Shown here: in pieces, positions 8,820 to 18,282 of the stretch
Layout: each line of letters begins with the position of its first letter
Numbering within the stretch: the first letter of the stretch is position 1
NCBI GenBank assembly: GCA_937890745.1
Contig: CALADH010000013.1
Coordinates: forward strand, 5,031 to 69,030
From: an uncultured Clostridia bacterium
GTDB taxonomy: Bacteria; Bacillota; Clostridia; Lachnospirales; Lachnospiraceae
Direction of reading: 5' to 3'
Length of the DNA stretch: 64,000 nucleotides
Program-made: the position numbers and the translations under genes
The notes under the pieces: model-generated
What the model was told of the DNA's origin: nothing
What the model saw: only the letters and a program-made list of their open reading frames with translations
Database searches by the model: none

Positions 8820-10127
8820 ATGAAAAAGCTAGAAACAGATATATTAATTGTCGGTACAGGCGTGAGCGGCCTTTTTGCGGCACTTCACCTGCCGGAGGAT
8901 AAGCAGGTGCTCATGATTACAAAGGATGAAGAAAGCCACAGCGATTCCTTTTTGGCGCAAGGCGGTATTTGCGTGATGCGCGATGAGAACGATTATGACA
9001 GTTTTATGGAAGATACGATGAAAGCCGGTCATTATGAAAACAGAAAAGCATCCGTTGACATCATGATACGATCATCAAGGAAAGTCATTAACGAGCTGAT
9101 TGATTTTGGCGTTGATTTTTGTATGAAAGACGGGGAACTTCATTATACGAGAGAGGGCTGCCATTCCAAACCGAGAATTTTGTACCATGAAGATATCACA
9201 GGAGAAGAAATTACAAGAAAACTTCTTGCGGCTGTCCACAAAAGAAAAAATGTGACAATCCTTGAGAATGTGACGATGCTGGATATCATTGAAATGGATA
9301 ACACATGTCTCGGCATTGCGGCAAAAGACGGGAACGGCAGTTTATTTGCCATTGAGGCCGGATATACGATTTTTGCAAGCGGCGGTATCGGCGGTCTTTA
9401 TGAACATTCGACCAATTATCCGCATCTGACGGGGGACGCTCTTGCGATTGCGATGCGCCACGGCGTCGGGCTTGAACATATTGATTACATACAGATTCAT
9501 CCGACAACCCTTTACTCAAAGAAACCGGGACGCCGCTTTCTTATTTCAGAATCCGTCCGCGGCGAGGGGGCGAAGCTTTACAATGCTGCCGGAGCGCGTT
9601 TTACAAATGAGGTGCTTCCGCGGGATTTGCTGACGGAAGCCATTAAGGCTCAGATGGCAAAGGATCATATGCCGTATGTGTGGCTTGATATGACGGTGCT
9701 CGGTAAAGATGAAATACTGAGGCATTTTCCGCATATTTATGAGCGCTGTCTTGAAGAAGGCTATGATGCCGTTCATGAATGGATACCGGTTGTTCCGGCC
9801 CAGCATTATTTTATGGGCGGTATTCATGTGGATAAGGACAGTAAAACGACAATGAATAACCTGTTTGCGGCCGGTGAGACGAGCTGCAATGGCGTTCACG
9901 GCGCTAACCGCCTTGCAAGTAATTCACTTTTGGAGAGTCTTGTTTTTGCGAAGCGGGCGGCAATGAAGATTTCAGAAAGCGGTGCGCCAAACGAGGCGCT
10001 GCATAGGGAATTTGAAACGCTTGGCAGCAGTGTTCTTACACGCCTTACAATGGAACAAAATCATTTGAAAGAAATTTACAAACAGGAAATTCTTGCAGAA
10101 ATAGAAAGGGAGAGACAGGCAAAATGA
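8820..10127 (+). CDS. nadB: L-aspartate oxidase
   Basis: It has an FAD-binding N-terminus DILIVGTGVSGLFAA. The motifs AQGGI and GANRLASNSLLE are typical of the NadB / succinate dehydrogenase flavoprotein family. It sits between nadA and nadC. Confidence 0.9.
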   Translation: MKKLETDILIVGTGVSGLFAALHLPEDKQVLMITKDEESHSDSFLAQGGICVMRDENDYDSFMEDTMKAGHYENRKASVDIMIRSSRKVINELIDFGVDFCMKDGELHYTREGCHSKPRILYHEDITGEEITRKLLAAVHKRKNVTILENVTMLDIIEMDNTCLGIAAKDGNGSLFAIEAGYTIFASGGIGGLYEHSTNYPHLTGDALAIAMRHGVGLEHIDYIQIHPTTLYSKKPGRRFLISESVRGEGAKLYNAAGARFTNEVLPRDLLTEAIKAQMAKDHMPYVWLDMTVLGKDEILRHFPHIYERCLEEGYDAVHEWIPVVPAQHYFMGGIHVDKDSKTTMNNLFAAGETSCNGVHGANRLASNSLLESLVFAKRAAMKISESGAPNEALHREFETLGSSVLTRLTMEQNHLKEIYKQEILAEIERERQAK

Positions 10128-10975
10128 ATACAATCACAATGAAAATGAATGTCGATAATTTAATTATGCAGGCGCTTCGCGAGGATATTACAAGCGAGGA
10201 TATTACAACAAATGCGGTTATGCGTGAGAGAAAGCAGGGCGAAGTGCAGCTTATATGTAAAGAGGACGGTATTATTGCCGGACTTGATGTCTTTAAAAGA
10301 GTGTTTGTGCTTTTGGATGAGACAACAGAGGTTGAATTTTATGCGGCCGACGGTGATGCGGTTAAAAACGGCCAGCTCCTGGGCGTAGTCCGCGGTGATA
10401 TACGGGTGCTTTTATCCGGCGAACGTACAGCCCTTAATTATTTACAGCGCATGAGCGGCATTGCGACTTACACAAAGAGTATTGCAAAGCTTTTTGAAGG
10501 AAGCAAAACAAAGCTTTTGGATACAAGAAAGACAACGCCGAATATGCGTATTTTTGAAAAATATGCTGTAAAGGTCGGCGGCGGCTATAATCACCGCTAC
10601 AATTTATCTGACGGTATTTTACTTAAGGACAATCATATTGCGGCAGCAGGCGGTGTGAAGGAAGCAGTTGCGATGGCAAAAGAATATGCGCCATTTGTCA
10701 GAAAAATTGAGGTCGAGACAGAGACATTGGCACAGGTGCACGAGGCAGTTGAGGCCGGTGCGGATATTATCATGCTTGACAATATGACGCCGGAGATGAT
10801 GCGTGAGGCAATTGACTATATTGACGGCAGAGCTGAGACAGAGTGCTCAGGCAACGTTACACGCGAAAATGTGGAGCGTCTGACGGCACTTGGCGTCGAT
10901 TATATTTCAAGCGGCGCCCTGACACATTCAGCGCCGATTCTTGACTTGTCACTGAAAAATCTGCATGAAATTTAA
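10124..10975 (+). CDS. nadC: Nicotinate-nucleotide pyrophosphorylase (carboxylating)
   Basis: It has an ATGA overlap with nadB. The motifs LLDTRKTTPNMR and KDNH are typical of quinolinate phosphoribosyltransferase. Confidence 0.9.
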   Translation: MNTITMKMNVDNLIMQALREDITSEDITTNAVMRERKQGEVQLICKEDGIIAGLDVFKRVFVLLDETTEVEFYAADGDAVKNGQLLGVVRGDIRVLLSGERTALNYLQRMSGIATYTKSIAKLFEGSKTKLLDTRKTTPNMRIFEKYAVKVGGGYNHRYNLSDGILLKDNHIAAAGGVKEAVAMAKEYAPFVRKIEVETETLAQVHEAVEAGADIIMLDNMTPEMMREAIDYIDGRAETECSGNVTRENVERLTALGVDYISSGALTHSAPILDLSLKNLHEI

Positions 10976-11011
10976 TCACCGGTAAACGCTGCGTGGAAAG
11001 GACTAAAACTG

Positions 11012-11539
11012 ATGGATGGAGAACAGAGAAGAAAAGAAATCGTGGACTGCATTATTCAGAGTCGCAGCCCTTTATCCGGGACAAAGCTTGCCGAGAGTTT
11101 TCGTGTCAGCAGACAGGTCATTGTGCAGGATATCGCGCTTTTGCGGGCATCGGGCTATGAAATTATTTCGACAAACCGCGGTTATATATGTACGGGAAGC
11201 CGCCCGGCGGCTGTCCGTGTGCTGAAAATGTGTCATTCCGATGAGGATATAAGAAAAGAGCTGAATATGATTGTCGATATGGGCGGTACAGTGGAAGATG
11301 TGTTTATACGGCATAGAGTATATGGCGAGCTTCGGGCACCGATGCACATCACATCGAGGCTTAAGGTCGAAAGATTTATTGATGATATTAAAAGCGGTAA
11401 ATCAAGCCCCCTCAAAAATGTGACATCGGATTATCATTATCATACGATTACGGCTGAGAGCGAGGAAGTGCTTGATTATATTGAAAATACGCTTAAAAAA
11501 GAGGGCATCTGCATCGAGATGGCCCCTTATGAGAAGTGA
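11012..11539 (+). CDS. niaR: NiaR (YrxA-type) transcriptional repressor of NAD biosynthesis, HTH + 3H domain
   Basis: 175 aa. The N-terminal HTH ...LSGTKLAESFRVSRQVIVQDIALLRASG closely resembles B. subtilis YrxA (VSRQVIVQDI). His-rich 3H-domain elements lie downstream. It is the last gene of the nad operon. Confidence 0.8.
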   Translation: MDGEQRRKEIVDCIIQSRSPLSGTKLAESFRVSRQVIVQDIALLRASGYEIISTNRGYICTGSRPAAVRVLKMCHSDEDIRKELNMIVDMGGTVEDVFIRHRVYGELRAPMHITSRLKVERFIDDIKSGKSSPLKNVTSDYHYHTITAESEEVLDYIENTLKKEGICIEMAPYEK

Positions 11540-12085
11540 ATGTAGGTTTGTCGGCACAGTATATTTGAAATTTTTCTGTTGATGTTTTAAGTACAGGGCA
11601 GCTATATCATTTTTGGTGACACGCCGCACTTTCTGCTCGTCCCACGCATTTATAGACTCCATTCGCGCAAATGCTTCGCTGCAGCGCTCGGTGGAGTCAT
11701 TAGCGCAGTCCTCGCGACGAAAGTTTTGCTATTGTCACTGTAAAATGATATGCCGCCCCTACGCTAATATGCCAAAGACAGAAGTTTCAATATGCTGTGC
11801 GGCCTTCTGCAGATAAGAGGCGAAAGGATGGTGTCTATTGTCTTATACCTGCATATGCCGGCTGTGTGTTGTAGTTTAGCGGCAGAGACTGTCAAGTTTC
11901 TTGGACTACTGAAGCCGAAAAACAGCGGCTACGAGGGCTGCAAGTATGTTTTGTGCAGCGTGCATTTTTAGCATCGCAAACAAAACCATACGTGAAGCGC
12001 ACGAGCAATGCCGCGTGTATTATGGCTATGGTCAAAAAAATTCGTGACAGCCTCTGACGCAGAGAGTACAAACATAACGGCAACC

Positions 12086-12634
12086 CTACAGCTGCCCCAG
12101 TGCCTTGCGGAGTCTGAAGCCGACGGGTGCGGCGACAATAATTTTTATAATATCAAGAGGGATAAACGGGATAACACACATCGTCAGCGCGGCGGCGAGG
12201 CCTTTGCCGGTCAGTGAGATAAACCATAGAGTACCGCACACATAACATAAGGCAGTGCCAAGGACAAGGGCAAGGGGATATACAAAAAATTTATTTGAAA
12301 ATTTTTGTATGAGCAGTCCTCCGGCTAAGGCACAGCAGATGTAGCCGATAATATAGCCGCCGGTAGGCCCGGCAATGACGCCGGCACCGCCTGTAAAATT
12401 GGAAAATACAGGAAGTCCCGCACAGCCGAGGAGGATGTAGATCATCACACTTAAAAAGCTTTGCAGTGGTGACAGTGCCGATGTGGCAAGGTAGACGGCA
12501 AAGGTGGCAAGGGTGACGGAGGCGGCGGCCGTCGGCACAGGAATAGAAATCGGTGCAAGGACACAGATGACGGCGGCCATCATTGCTGAGACAGCCATTG
12601 TTTTAATTGATAGTTTGCTTTTTGCTTTTGTCAT
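12086..12634 (-). CDS. bioY: Biotin transporter BioY (ECF S-component)
   Basis: 182-aa membrane ORF containing LLGCAGLPVFSNFTGGAGVIAGPTGGYIIGY, which is typical of BioY. It lies directly downstream of birA on the same strand. Confidence 0.85.
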   Translation of the reverse strand: MTKAKSKLSIKTMAVSAMMAAVICVLAPISIPVPTAAASVTLATFAVYLATSALSPLQSFLSVMIYILLGCAGLPVFSNFTGGAGVIAGPTGGYIIGYICCALAGGLLIQKFSNKFFVYPLALVLGTALCYVCGTLWFISLTGKGLAAALTMCVIPFIPLDIIKIIVAAPVGFRLRKALGQL

Positions 12635-12719
12635 GAGAAATTCTCCTTTGATGATTGTGCGGCAGGCCGCAAAATTGTTTTAGGGTTGTGGCTATATGAA
12701 ATAACATCTGCTTCAGATG

Positions 12720-13691
12720 CTATATGAGCCGGGTACTCACCTCGCCTGAATTTAAGGCGAAGCGCCGCCCGTCGGCCTCGACAATGAGAAAACCATGATC
12801 GTCAATGGCAACAGCCTTTGCCGGATAAGTTTCATTCATTGTAATGACATTGATATTTTGACCGATGAGTATGGAACGGCGGCGGCTTTCTTCAAGAAAG
12901 GCTTTGTCATTCATTGTTGCAATATGGTGCTCAAGGGCATTGAGTATTTCGGCGATGAGGCGGTTCCTTGAAATCGGGCAGCCGCTTTCGTTTTCGATGG
13001 ATGTTGCAATATCGGCAAGTTCATCGGGAAAGGTGACGGCGCCTGTATTCACACCGATACCGATCACGACATAATCAAGGACGCCGTTTTCAAAACCGAT
13101 ACCGGCTTCTGTGAGGATGCCGCATATTTTTTTTTGGTGAATCAGAAGGTCATTCACCCATTTAATCTGAACTGAAACATCGGCAAGCGATTCAATAGCT
13201 TCGGCGACGGCGACAGCGGCACATGACGTCAGTAAAAGCGCATCTTCAGGCAGCATATGAGGGCGCAAAAGCACAGACATATAAATGCCGGATTTTTCGG
13301 GAGAGAAAAAAGGCCGTCCGTATCTTCCATGTCCGCCGCTCTGAGTTTCGGCAATAATGACCGTGCCGTTTGGGGCGCCTGCACCGGCCATGGATTTTGC
13401 TTTTTTATTTGTAGAATCAATGGCCGGAAAAATATGAATTTTGCTTCCGAGCTGTTTTGTGTGAAGCGACTTTCTGATGCATGCTTCTGATAAAGTGTTA
13501 TCGTCTGAGACAAAGGTGTAGCCTTTATTTGTCACTGCATCAATGCGGTAACCTGTGTTTTGAAGCTGCTTCACAGCTTTCCACACAGCATTTCTTGAAA
13601 CACCGAGCTGAGCGGCCAAATCATTGCCGGAAAAATACCGGCCTTCACCGTCAACGAGTATATGTAAAATATTTTCTTTAAGCTCTGACAT
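12720..13691 (-). CDS. birA: Bifunctional biotin-[acetyl-CoA-carboxylase] ligase / biotin operon repressor
   Basis: The ORF track extends to 13976. The ATG at 13691 (MSELKENILHIL...) has a GGAGG SD. An N-terminal winged HTH (GNDLAAQLGVSRNAVWKAVKQLQ) is followed by the ligase core (GGHGRYGRPFFSP). Confidence 0.85.
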   Translation of the reverse strand: MSELKENILHILVDGEGRYFSGNDLAAQLGVSRNAVWKAVKQLQNTGYRIDAVTNKGYTFVSDDNTLSEACIRKSLHTKQLGSKIHIFPAIDSTNKKAKSMAGAGAPNGTVIIAETQSGGHGRYGRPFFSPEKSGIYMSVLLRPHMLPEDALLLTSCAAVAVAEAIESLADVSVQIKWVNDLLIHQKKICGILTEAGIGFENGVLDYVVIGIGVNTGAVTFPDELADIATSIENESGCPISRNRLIAEILNALEHHIATMNDKAFLEESRRRSILIGQNINVITMNETYPAKAVAIDDHGFLIVEADGRRFALNSGEVSTRLI

Positions 13692-13796
13692 TGTAAAACC
13701 TCCGAAATTCGTGTAAGATGTTACTAAGGCTGAAATATATTTCGTGTAAAGTCGTGCAGCCCGCAGCGCAGAGTTCGCGAGGCACACGCTTTTTTC

Positions 13797-13825
13797 AGTA
13801 TAGTGTAAAAAAGGTTGATTGTCAA
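13797..13825 (-). promoter_or_regulatory. Sigma-A type promoter for birA-bioY
   Basis: On the minus strand: TTGACA (13825-13820), a 17-nt spacer and TATACT (13802-13797). The -35 element lies inside the left half of the BirA operator. Confidence 0.6.
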
Positions 13826-13851
13826 CTAAAAATATAAAATAGGGTGACAAT
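13818..13851. promoter_or_regulatory. BirA operator (inverted repeat ATTGTCAAC-N16-GGTGACAAT)
   Basis: The arms at 13818-13826 and 13843-13851 are inverse complements except for one position. They fit the published TGTnAAC-N14-16-GTTnACA type BirA signal. A third GGTGACAAT copy lies at 13871-13879. Confidence 0.6.
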
Positions 13852-13921
13852 TTGCGGGGCTGAAAAATAAGGTGACAATACAGACGGCAAAATGCCGGTG
13901 ATGTAGGAAAGGAGTCAGAGG

Positions 13922-14347
13922 ATGATGAAAGAAACGGTATTATATTATAATCCAAATAAGGCGGCACATGCGGCAAAGCTTAAAAGTGTTTTTGTGCGTA
14001 TGGGCATAAGAATAAAGAATATAAGCGAGGTGCAGCTGGATGAGACTGTTGGTTATCTGTCCGGTGTGAATGGTTTTGAAGCGGCGTCTGAGGGCGGCAG
14101 TGGGGAGCAGCCGGAAGGCTCAGATATCACCGGTGAAGCGGATAACGGCGTTGGTGCAATTGATGAGGAGATGCTTGTGATGAAAGATTTTTCTGACAGG
14201 CGGCTTAACGAACTATTAATGCAGATGCGAAAAGCCGGTGTGCCTAAGATTAATTTAAAGGCGGTTGTAACAGAACATAATATCGGCTGGACATTCCGCC
14301 AGCTTTATGAAGAAATTAAAAAAGAACACGAGCAGATGAGCGGATAG
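13922..14347 (+). CDS. DUF3783-like small protein
   Basis: 141-aa ORF with an AAAGGAG SD. The pattern LYYN...LKSVFVRMGIRIK...VGYLSGVNGF...MLVMKDFSDRRLNELLMQMRKAGV...KAVVTEHN..W.....YEEIKKEHE matches my memory of DUF3783 proteins from Clostridia. Confidence 0.55.
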   Translation: MMKETVLYYNPNKAAHAAKLKSVFVRMGIRIKNISEVQLDETVGYLSGVNGFEAASEGGSGEQPEGSDITGEADNGVGAIDEEMLVMKDFSDRRLNELLMQMRKAGVPKINLKAVVTEHNIGWTFRQLYEEIKKEHEQMSG

Positions 14348-14357
14348 CATCAGATTG

Positions 14358-14375
14358 ATGTTAATATTTTAACAA
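14358..14375. promoter_or_regulatory. Rex-type operator upstream of ldh
   Basis: ATGTTAATATTTTAACAA matches the clostridial Rex consensus TTGTTAANNNNTTAACAA at 17 of 18 positions. It lies 106 nt upstream of the ldh ATG. Confidence 0.55.
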
Positions 14376-14480
14376 TAACGTAACAAAAGTTACAGAATAA
14401 GACTTGCGTGTATGTTATCCTTTGGATGTGGAAAAGATAGTAAAAGATAAATATCCTGTCAGAAAAAGGAGGCATATAGG

Positions 14481-15425
14481 ATGGTAAATATTCAGAAAGC
14501 GGCCATTATCGGCTGTGGATTTGTCGGAACATCAATTGCGTTTACACTTGTACAGAAAGGAATTTTTTCAGAGCTTGTACTTGTGGATGTGAATAAAGAT
14601 AAAGCGGAGGGCGAAGTGATGGATTTAAGTCACGGTCTGCCTTTTGCAAAAGAAATGGAAATCAAGGCCGGAGGTTACGAAGATATTGCAGACTGTGCGA
14701 TGATTATTATTACAGCCGGCGCCAACCAAAAACCGGGCGAGACAAGACTTGACCTCGTCCATAAAAATGTGGCTATTTATAAAAGTATTATTCCGGAAAT
14801 TGTCAAATATAATCAAGAGGCAATTCTTCTTGTCGTGTCAAATCCGGTCGATATTATGACATATACAGCGCTGAAGCTTTCGGGTTATCCGAAGCAGCGC
14901 GTTATCGGTTCAGGAACTGTGCTTGATACGGCGCGCCTTAAATATCATCTGAGCCGCCACTTAAATGTGGATAGTAAAAGTATTCATGCTTTTATTATCG
15001 GCGAGCACGGCGACAGTGAGCTGGCACTGTGGAGTTCTGCAAATGTGTCCGGTATACCTCTCAATCATTTTTGTGAGCTGAGAGGCTATTATGACCATGA
15101 GGCGGCAACAGACAGAATTTATAAAGACGTCCGCGACAGCGCCTATGAGATTATCGGCAAAAAGGGCGCAACCTACTACGGTGTGGCGATGGCTGTTGAG
15201 CGTATCGTTGAGTGCATTATAAGAAATGAACATTCTATTTTGCCGGTGTCAGTCTATATGGAAGGACTTTATGGACTCAAAGATTTATGTATCAGTATTC
15301 CGACGGTTGTCGGTCAGAATGGCGCTGAAAAAATTCTTGATATTCCGCTGGATAATGAAGAAATGGAAAAGCTTATAAAATCGACAAAAGAACTGAAAGC
15401 AGTGCTTGAGGCGATTGAAATATAA
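14481..15425 (+). CDS. ldh: L-lactate dehydrogenase
   Basis: It has an AAGGAGG SD and a Rossmann N-terminus AAIIGCGFVGTSIAF. The motifs ITAGANQKPGETRLDL and IGEHGDSE are typical of LDH. Confidence 0.9.
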   Translation: MVNIQKAAIIGCGFVGTSIAFTLVQKGIFSELVLVDVNKDKAEGEVMDLSHGLPFAKEMEIKAGGYEDIADCAMIIITAGANQKPGETRLDLVHKNVAIYKSIIPEIVKYNQEAILLVVSNPVDIMTYTALKLSGYPKQRVIGSGTVLDTARLKYHLSRHLNVDSKSIHAFIIGEHGDSELALWSSANVSGIPLNHFCELRGYYDHEAATDRIYKDVRDSAYEIIGKKGATYYGVAMAVERIVECIIRNEHSILPVSVYMEGLYGLKDLCISIPTVVGQNGAEKILDIPLDNEEMEKLIKSTKELKAVLEAIEI

Positions 15426-15438
15426 GGTGAAACAACGG

Positions 15439-15470
15439 GGCTCCCTGCAAGATTACAGGGAGCCTCTTGT
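15439..15470 (+). terminator. Terminator hairpin after ldh, overlapping the 3' end of the convergent AraC gene
   Basis: GGCTCCCTG (15439-15447) pairs with CAGGGAGCC (15456-15464) and is followed by TCTTGTTCTT. Confidence 0.6.
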
Positions 15471-16340
15471 TCTTAAGTAAGAGTATTTGACATGGGACGT
15501 CTGTGTGTTCTGAAGTGCCTTGCGGTACTTTTGGGGCGTCTCGCCGTAAAATTTGCAGAAAGCGCTTGTAAAAGCGCGCGCGTCCGAAAAGCCGTTGTCG
15601 AGGGCAATCTGCAGAATTGAATAATCGCTGTCAATCAGTGCCTGATAAGCATGGTGCATACGTATGCTTGTCAGGTATTTTTTAAAAGTCGTTCCCATAC
15701 ATTCTTTAAATGTCCGTGCAAGGTGTTCCTTTGAAATGCCGTAGTCGGACGCGAGCGTATCTAAAGTAATTGTCTCCCGGTAATGTTTGTCGATATAATC
15801 CATGATCTGCGTACATCTGTCCATATATTTCTGAGTTTTTATGGCAGACGGCACAGTTTTTGGCGTCTGAAAATCCGAAAACAGCAGATAAAGAATTTCA
15901 TAAAAAAAGCTGTTGACTTTAAGCTGGTAGAAAGTATTTGACTTTCGTTCTTTAAAGACGGGATAAATGTCTATAAAGGCATGCACGAGCGTTTGATAGC
16001 CGGGTTTATTCGGAACTGTGAGAAAGCGGATATCCTCAATATTGTGAAAAACCTCTTTTAAAAACGGGAAAGGGATAATGACAGAAACTGCCTCTGTTTT
16101 TTGTGTGTAATTCATCTGGCAGGCGTGAATATCGCCGCTGTTAATCAAAATAAGGTCGCCGGAAGATGCAATAAATTGATATCCGTTAATATCATAAAGA
16201 GCGTCACCTTCAAGAATATAAGTAATTTCAAGACTTCGGTGCCAGTGCTTGGCAACGGAAGTTACATGGTTTTCTGAAATCAGATAAATCCATGCTAAAA
16301 ACTCACTTGGAACTTTAATAATCTCATGAAAATAATCCAT
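15453..16340 (-). CDS. AraC family transcriptional regulator (cupin sensor + HTH)
   Basis: 295 aa. The N-terminal cupin-like part contains HWHRSLEITYILEG. The C-terminal AraC HTH contains LDTLASDYGISKEHLARTFKE...GFSDARAFTSAFCKFYGETPQKYR. Confidence 0.85.
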   Translation of the reverse strand: MDYFHEIIKVPSEFLAWIYLISENHVTSVAKHWHRSLEITYILEGDALYDINGYQFIASSGDLILINSGDIHACQMNYTQKTEAVSVIIPFPFLKEVFHNIEDIRFLTVPNKPGYQTLVHAFIDIYPVFKERKSNTFYQLKVNSFFYEILYLLFSDFQTPKTVPSAIKTQKYMDRCTQIMDYIDKHYRETITLDTLASDYGISKEHLARTFKECMGTTFKKYLTSIRMHHAYQALIDSDYSILQIALDNGFSDARAFTSAFCKFYGETPQKYRKALQNTQTSHVKYSYLRTRGSL

Positions 16341-16548
16341 TATAAACAGTCTCCGTTCAATGAAAGTAAATATAATCTGATTATATCAAACCGACTTAAA
16401 ATGTCAATATAAAGAAAAACAGCAAAAAATTAATATCAATTATTTGTATATTAGTTGCTAAAAAATGCGATGATTATTGCCGGCTTAAGACTATATAATG
16501 TAAGTATCAGTCAGACAAAAAAAGACAAATTTCGAGGGAGGGAATGTT

Positions 16549-17430
16549 GTGAAAAAGAAGAAAACAGGATTTTGGAGGCACCTGTTATTTTTAGGACCGG
16601 CCTCAGCTGCATTTTTTATTGCCGTGCTGATTCCTTTTATTATCAGTATGGGTTATGCGTTTACAGACTGGAACGGCGTAGCCAATGAAGTAAATTTTGT
16701 CGCATTTCAAAATTTTATTGACATTTTTACAGGAAAATCACGTTTTCTTGATTCATTTTGGTTTACGTTAAAAATTACAATTGTCAATGTTGTTTTAATT
16801 TGTGTGGTCGGTACGCTGCTTGCGGTGGCGCTCACATCAAAGATGAAGGGTACAGGCGTTTTCAGAGTTATGTTTTATCTGCCTCAGACAATCGGCGGCT
16901 TAATTCTCGGCTTTGTATGGCAGTTTATTTTTGTGAATGGATTTCCGGCAATCGCCGAAACGTTCCATATCGGCATATTAGACCAGCAGTGGCTTGGGAC
17001 AGAAACAACAGCCTTTGTGGCGCTTGTTGTTGTCAGTGTATGGCAGAATGCGGGTTATGTGATGGTTATTATGATTGCGGCGCTTTCGGGCGTTCCGTCG
17101 GAGATGGTTGAGTCGGCAAAGATTGACGGTGCGAACGGTCTTACGATTTTCTTTAAGGTGAAATTACCGCTCTGTATTTCATATATTACGGTCTGTCTGT
17201 TTTGGACGATTGCAAATGCGTTCAAGATGTTTGATTTAAACTTCTCTTTGACAAAAGGCGGGCCTTACGGTTCTACAAACTCACTGGCGCTTGCAATTTA
17301 CAACGATGCCTTTTCGAATAATAAATACGGTCTTGCAACGGCAGAATCCATGGTGTTTTTCGTCATTATCATGGTGATCACAGGCATACAGTTCTATTTT
17401 ACAAATAAGAAAGAGAGGGAGTTACTGTGA
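16549..17430 (+). CDS. Carbohydrate ABC transporter permease (MalF/CUT1-like)
   Basis: GTG start after GAGGGAGG. It is a 6-TM protein with the EAA-type loop ESAKIDGANGLTIFFKVKLP. Confidence 0.85.
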   Translation: MKKKKTGFWRHLLFLGPASAAFFIAVLIPFIISMGYAFTDWNGVANEVNFVAFQNFIDIFTGKSRFLDSFWFTLKITIVNVVLICVVGTLLAVALTSKMKGTGVFRVMFYLPQTIGGLILGFVWQFIFVNGFPAIAETFHIGILDQQWLGTETTAFVALVVVSVWQNAGYVMVIMIAALSGVPSEMVESAKIDGANGLTIFFKVKLPLCISYITVCLFWTIANAFKMFDLNFSLTKGGPYGSTNSLALAIYNDAFSNNKYGLATAESMVFFVIIMVITGIQFYFTNKKERELL

Positions 17431-18254
17431 AAAAACAGAGAGTTAAGAATGTCGTTTTGTTTATAGTCATACTTATTTTAGCGCTCATTTTCCTGTGTCC
17501 GCTCTTTATTGCAGGGATTAATTCCTTTAAACCGCTCGGAGATATTATTTCTGAGCCGCTTGCGCTTCCGAAAAAACTGTTATTTTCAAACTATGCCAAC
17601 GCTTTTACAACACTTGAAATTCCGAAGGTGATGGCAAACACAGCAATTGTGACACTCGGTTCGGTTGTCGGCATTGTCATTTTTTCGGCGATGACAGCTT
17701 ACTGGGCAGAGCGTCACCCGACAGTTTATTCAAAAATTTTTGAAAAGCTGCTTATTTTATCCATGCTGATACCGTTTGCGTCTATTATGATCCCGATTGT
17801 CCAGGTGATGAAAACACTTCATATGAACAGTACGCTTCAGGGAACAATTGTGACCTACTGGGGCGTTGGACTGGCCTTTGCTTATTTCATGATGCGCGGC
17901 GCAGTTAAGGGACTGCCGTATGAGCTTGAGGAAGCGGCAAAAATTGACGGCTGCGGACCGGTCAAAGTATTTTTTAAAGTTGTGATGCCGCTTTTACAGC
18001 CGACAATGGTGACAGTTTTTGTCATGGATATTTTCTGGATATGGAATGACTTTATTATTCCTTTGATTTTGCTTGATAATGGTAAGCTAAGTACAATTCA
18101 GCTGGCGATTAAAAAATTATTCAGTATGTATGCGACAAAATGGGATTTGGCGCTGCCGGGACTGATGATGTCGATTTTGCCGATTGTGATTGTATTTGTG
18201 ATATTACAGAAAAAAATTATTAACGGTATTATGGCCGGCGCTGTCAAAGGCTGA
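17427..18254 (+). CDS. Carbohydrate ABC transporter permease (MalG/CUT1-like)
   Basis: It overlaps the previous gene by 4 nt. The EAA loop is EEAAKIDGCGPVKVFFKVVMP. Confidence 0.85.
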   Translation: MKKQRVKNVVLFIVILILALIFLCPLFIAGINSFKPLGDIISEPLALPKKLLFSNYANAFTTLEIPKVMANTAIVTLGSVVGIVIFSAMTAYWAERHPTVYSKIFEKLLILSMLIPFASIMIPIVQVMKTLHMNSTLQGTIVTYWGVGLAFAYFMMRGAVKGLPYELEEAAKIDGCGPVKVFFKVVMPLLQPTMVTVFVMDIFWIWNDFIIPLILLDNGKLSTIQLAIKKLFSMYATKWDLALPGLMMSILPIVIVFVILQKKIINGIMAGAVKG

Positions 18255-18282
18255 CGGTATAAGTTTAAGGAGGAAGAATGAA

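Noticed and set aside
11613-12083. Track ORFs 11613-11816 (+), 11402-11662 (-) and 11892-12083 (-) in the niaR-bioY spacer
   Set aside because: They have no SD sequences, odd Cys/Arg/Ser-rich products and mutually overlapping frames. I treat the region as non-coding; see the finding on this spacer.
13692-13976. N-terminal extensions of track ORFs: birA to 13976, MATE to 7234, gdhA to 27358, nadA from 7795, Fur-like from 47364, GH3 from 3259 and 19605, ATPase from 58603
   Set aside because: In each case an internal start codon with a good SD coincides with the beginning of the recognisable protein family. The extension also runs through promoter or operator sequence or into the upstream gene.
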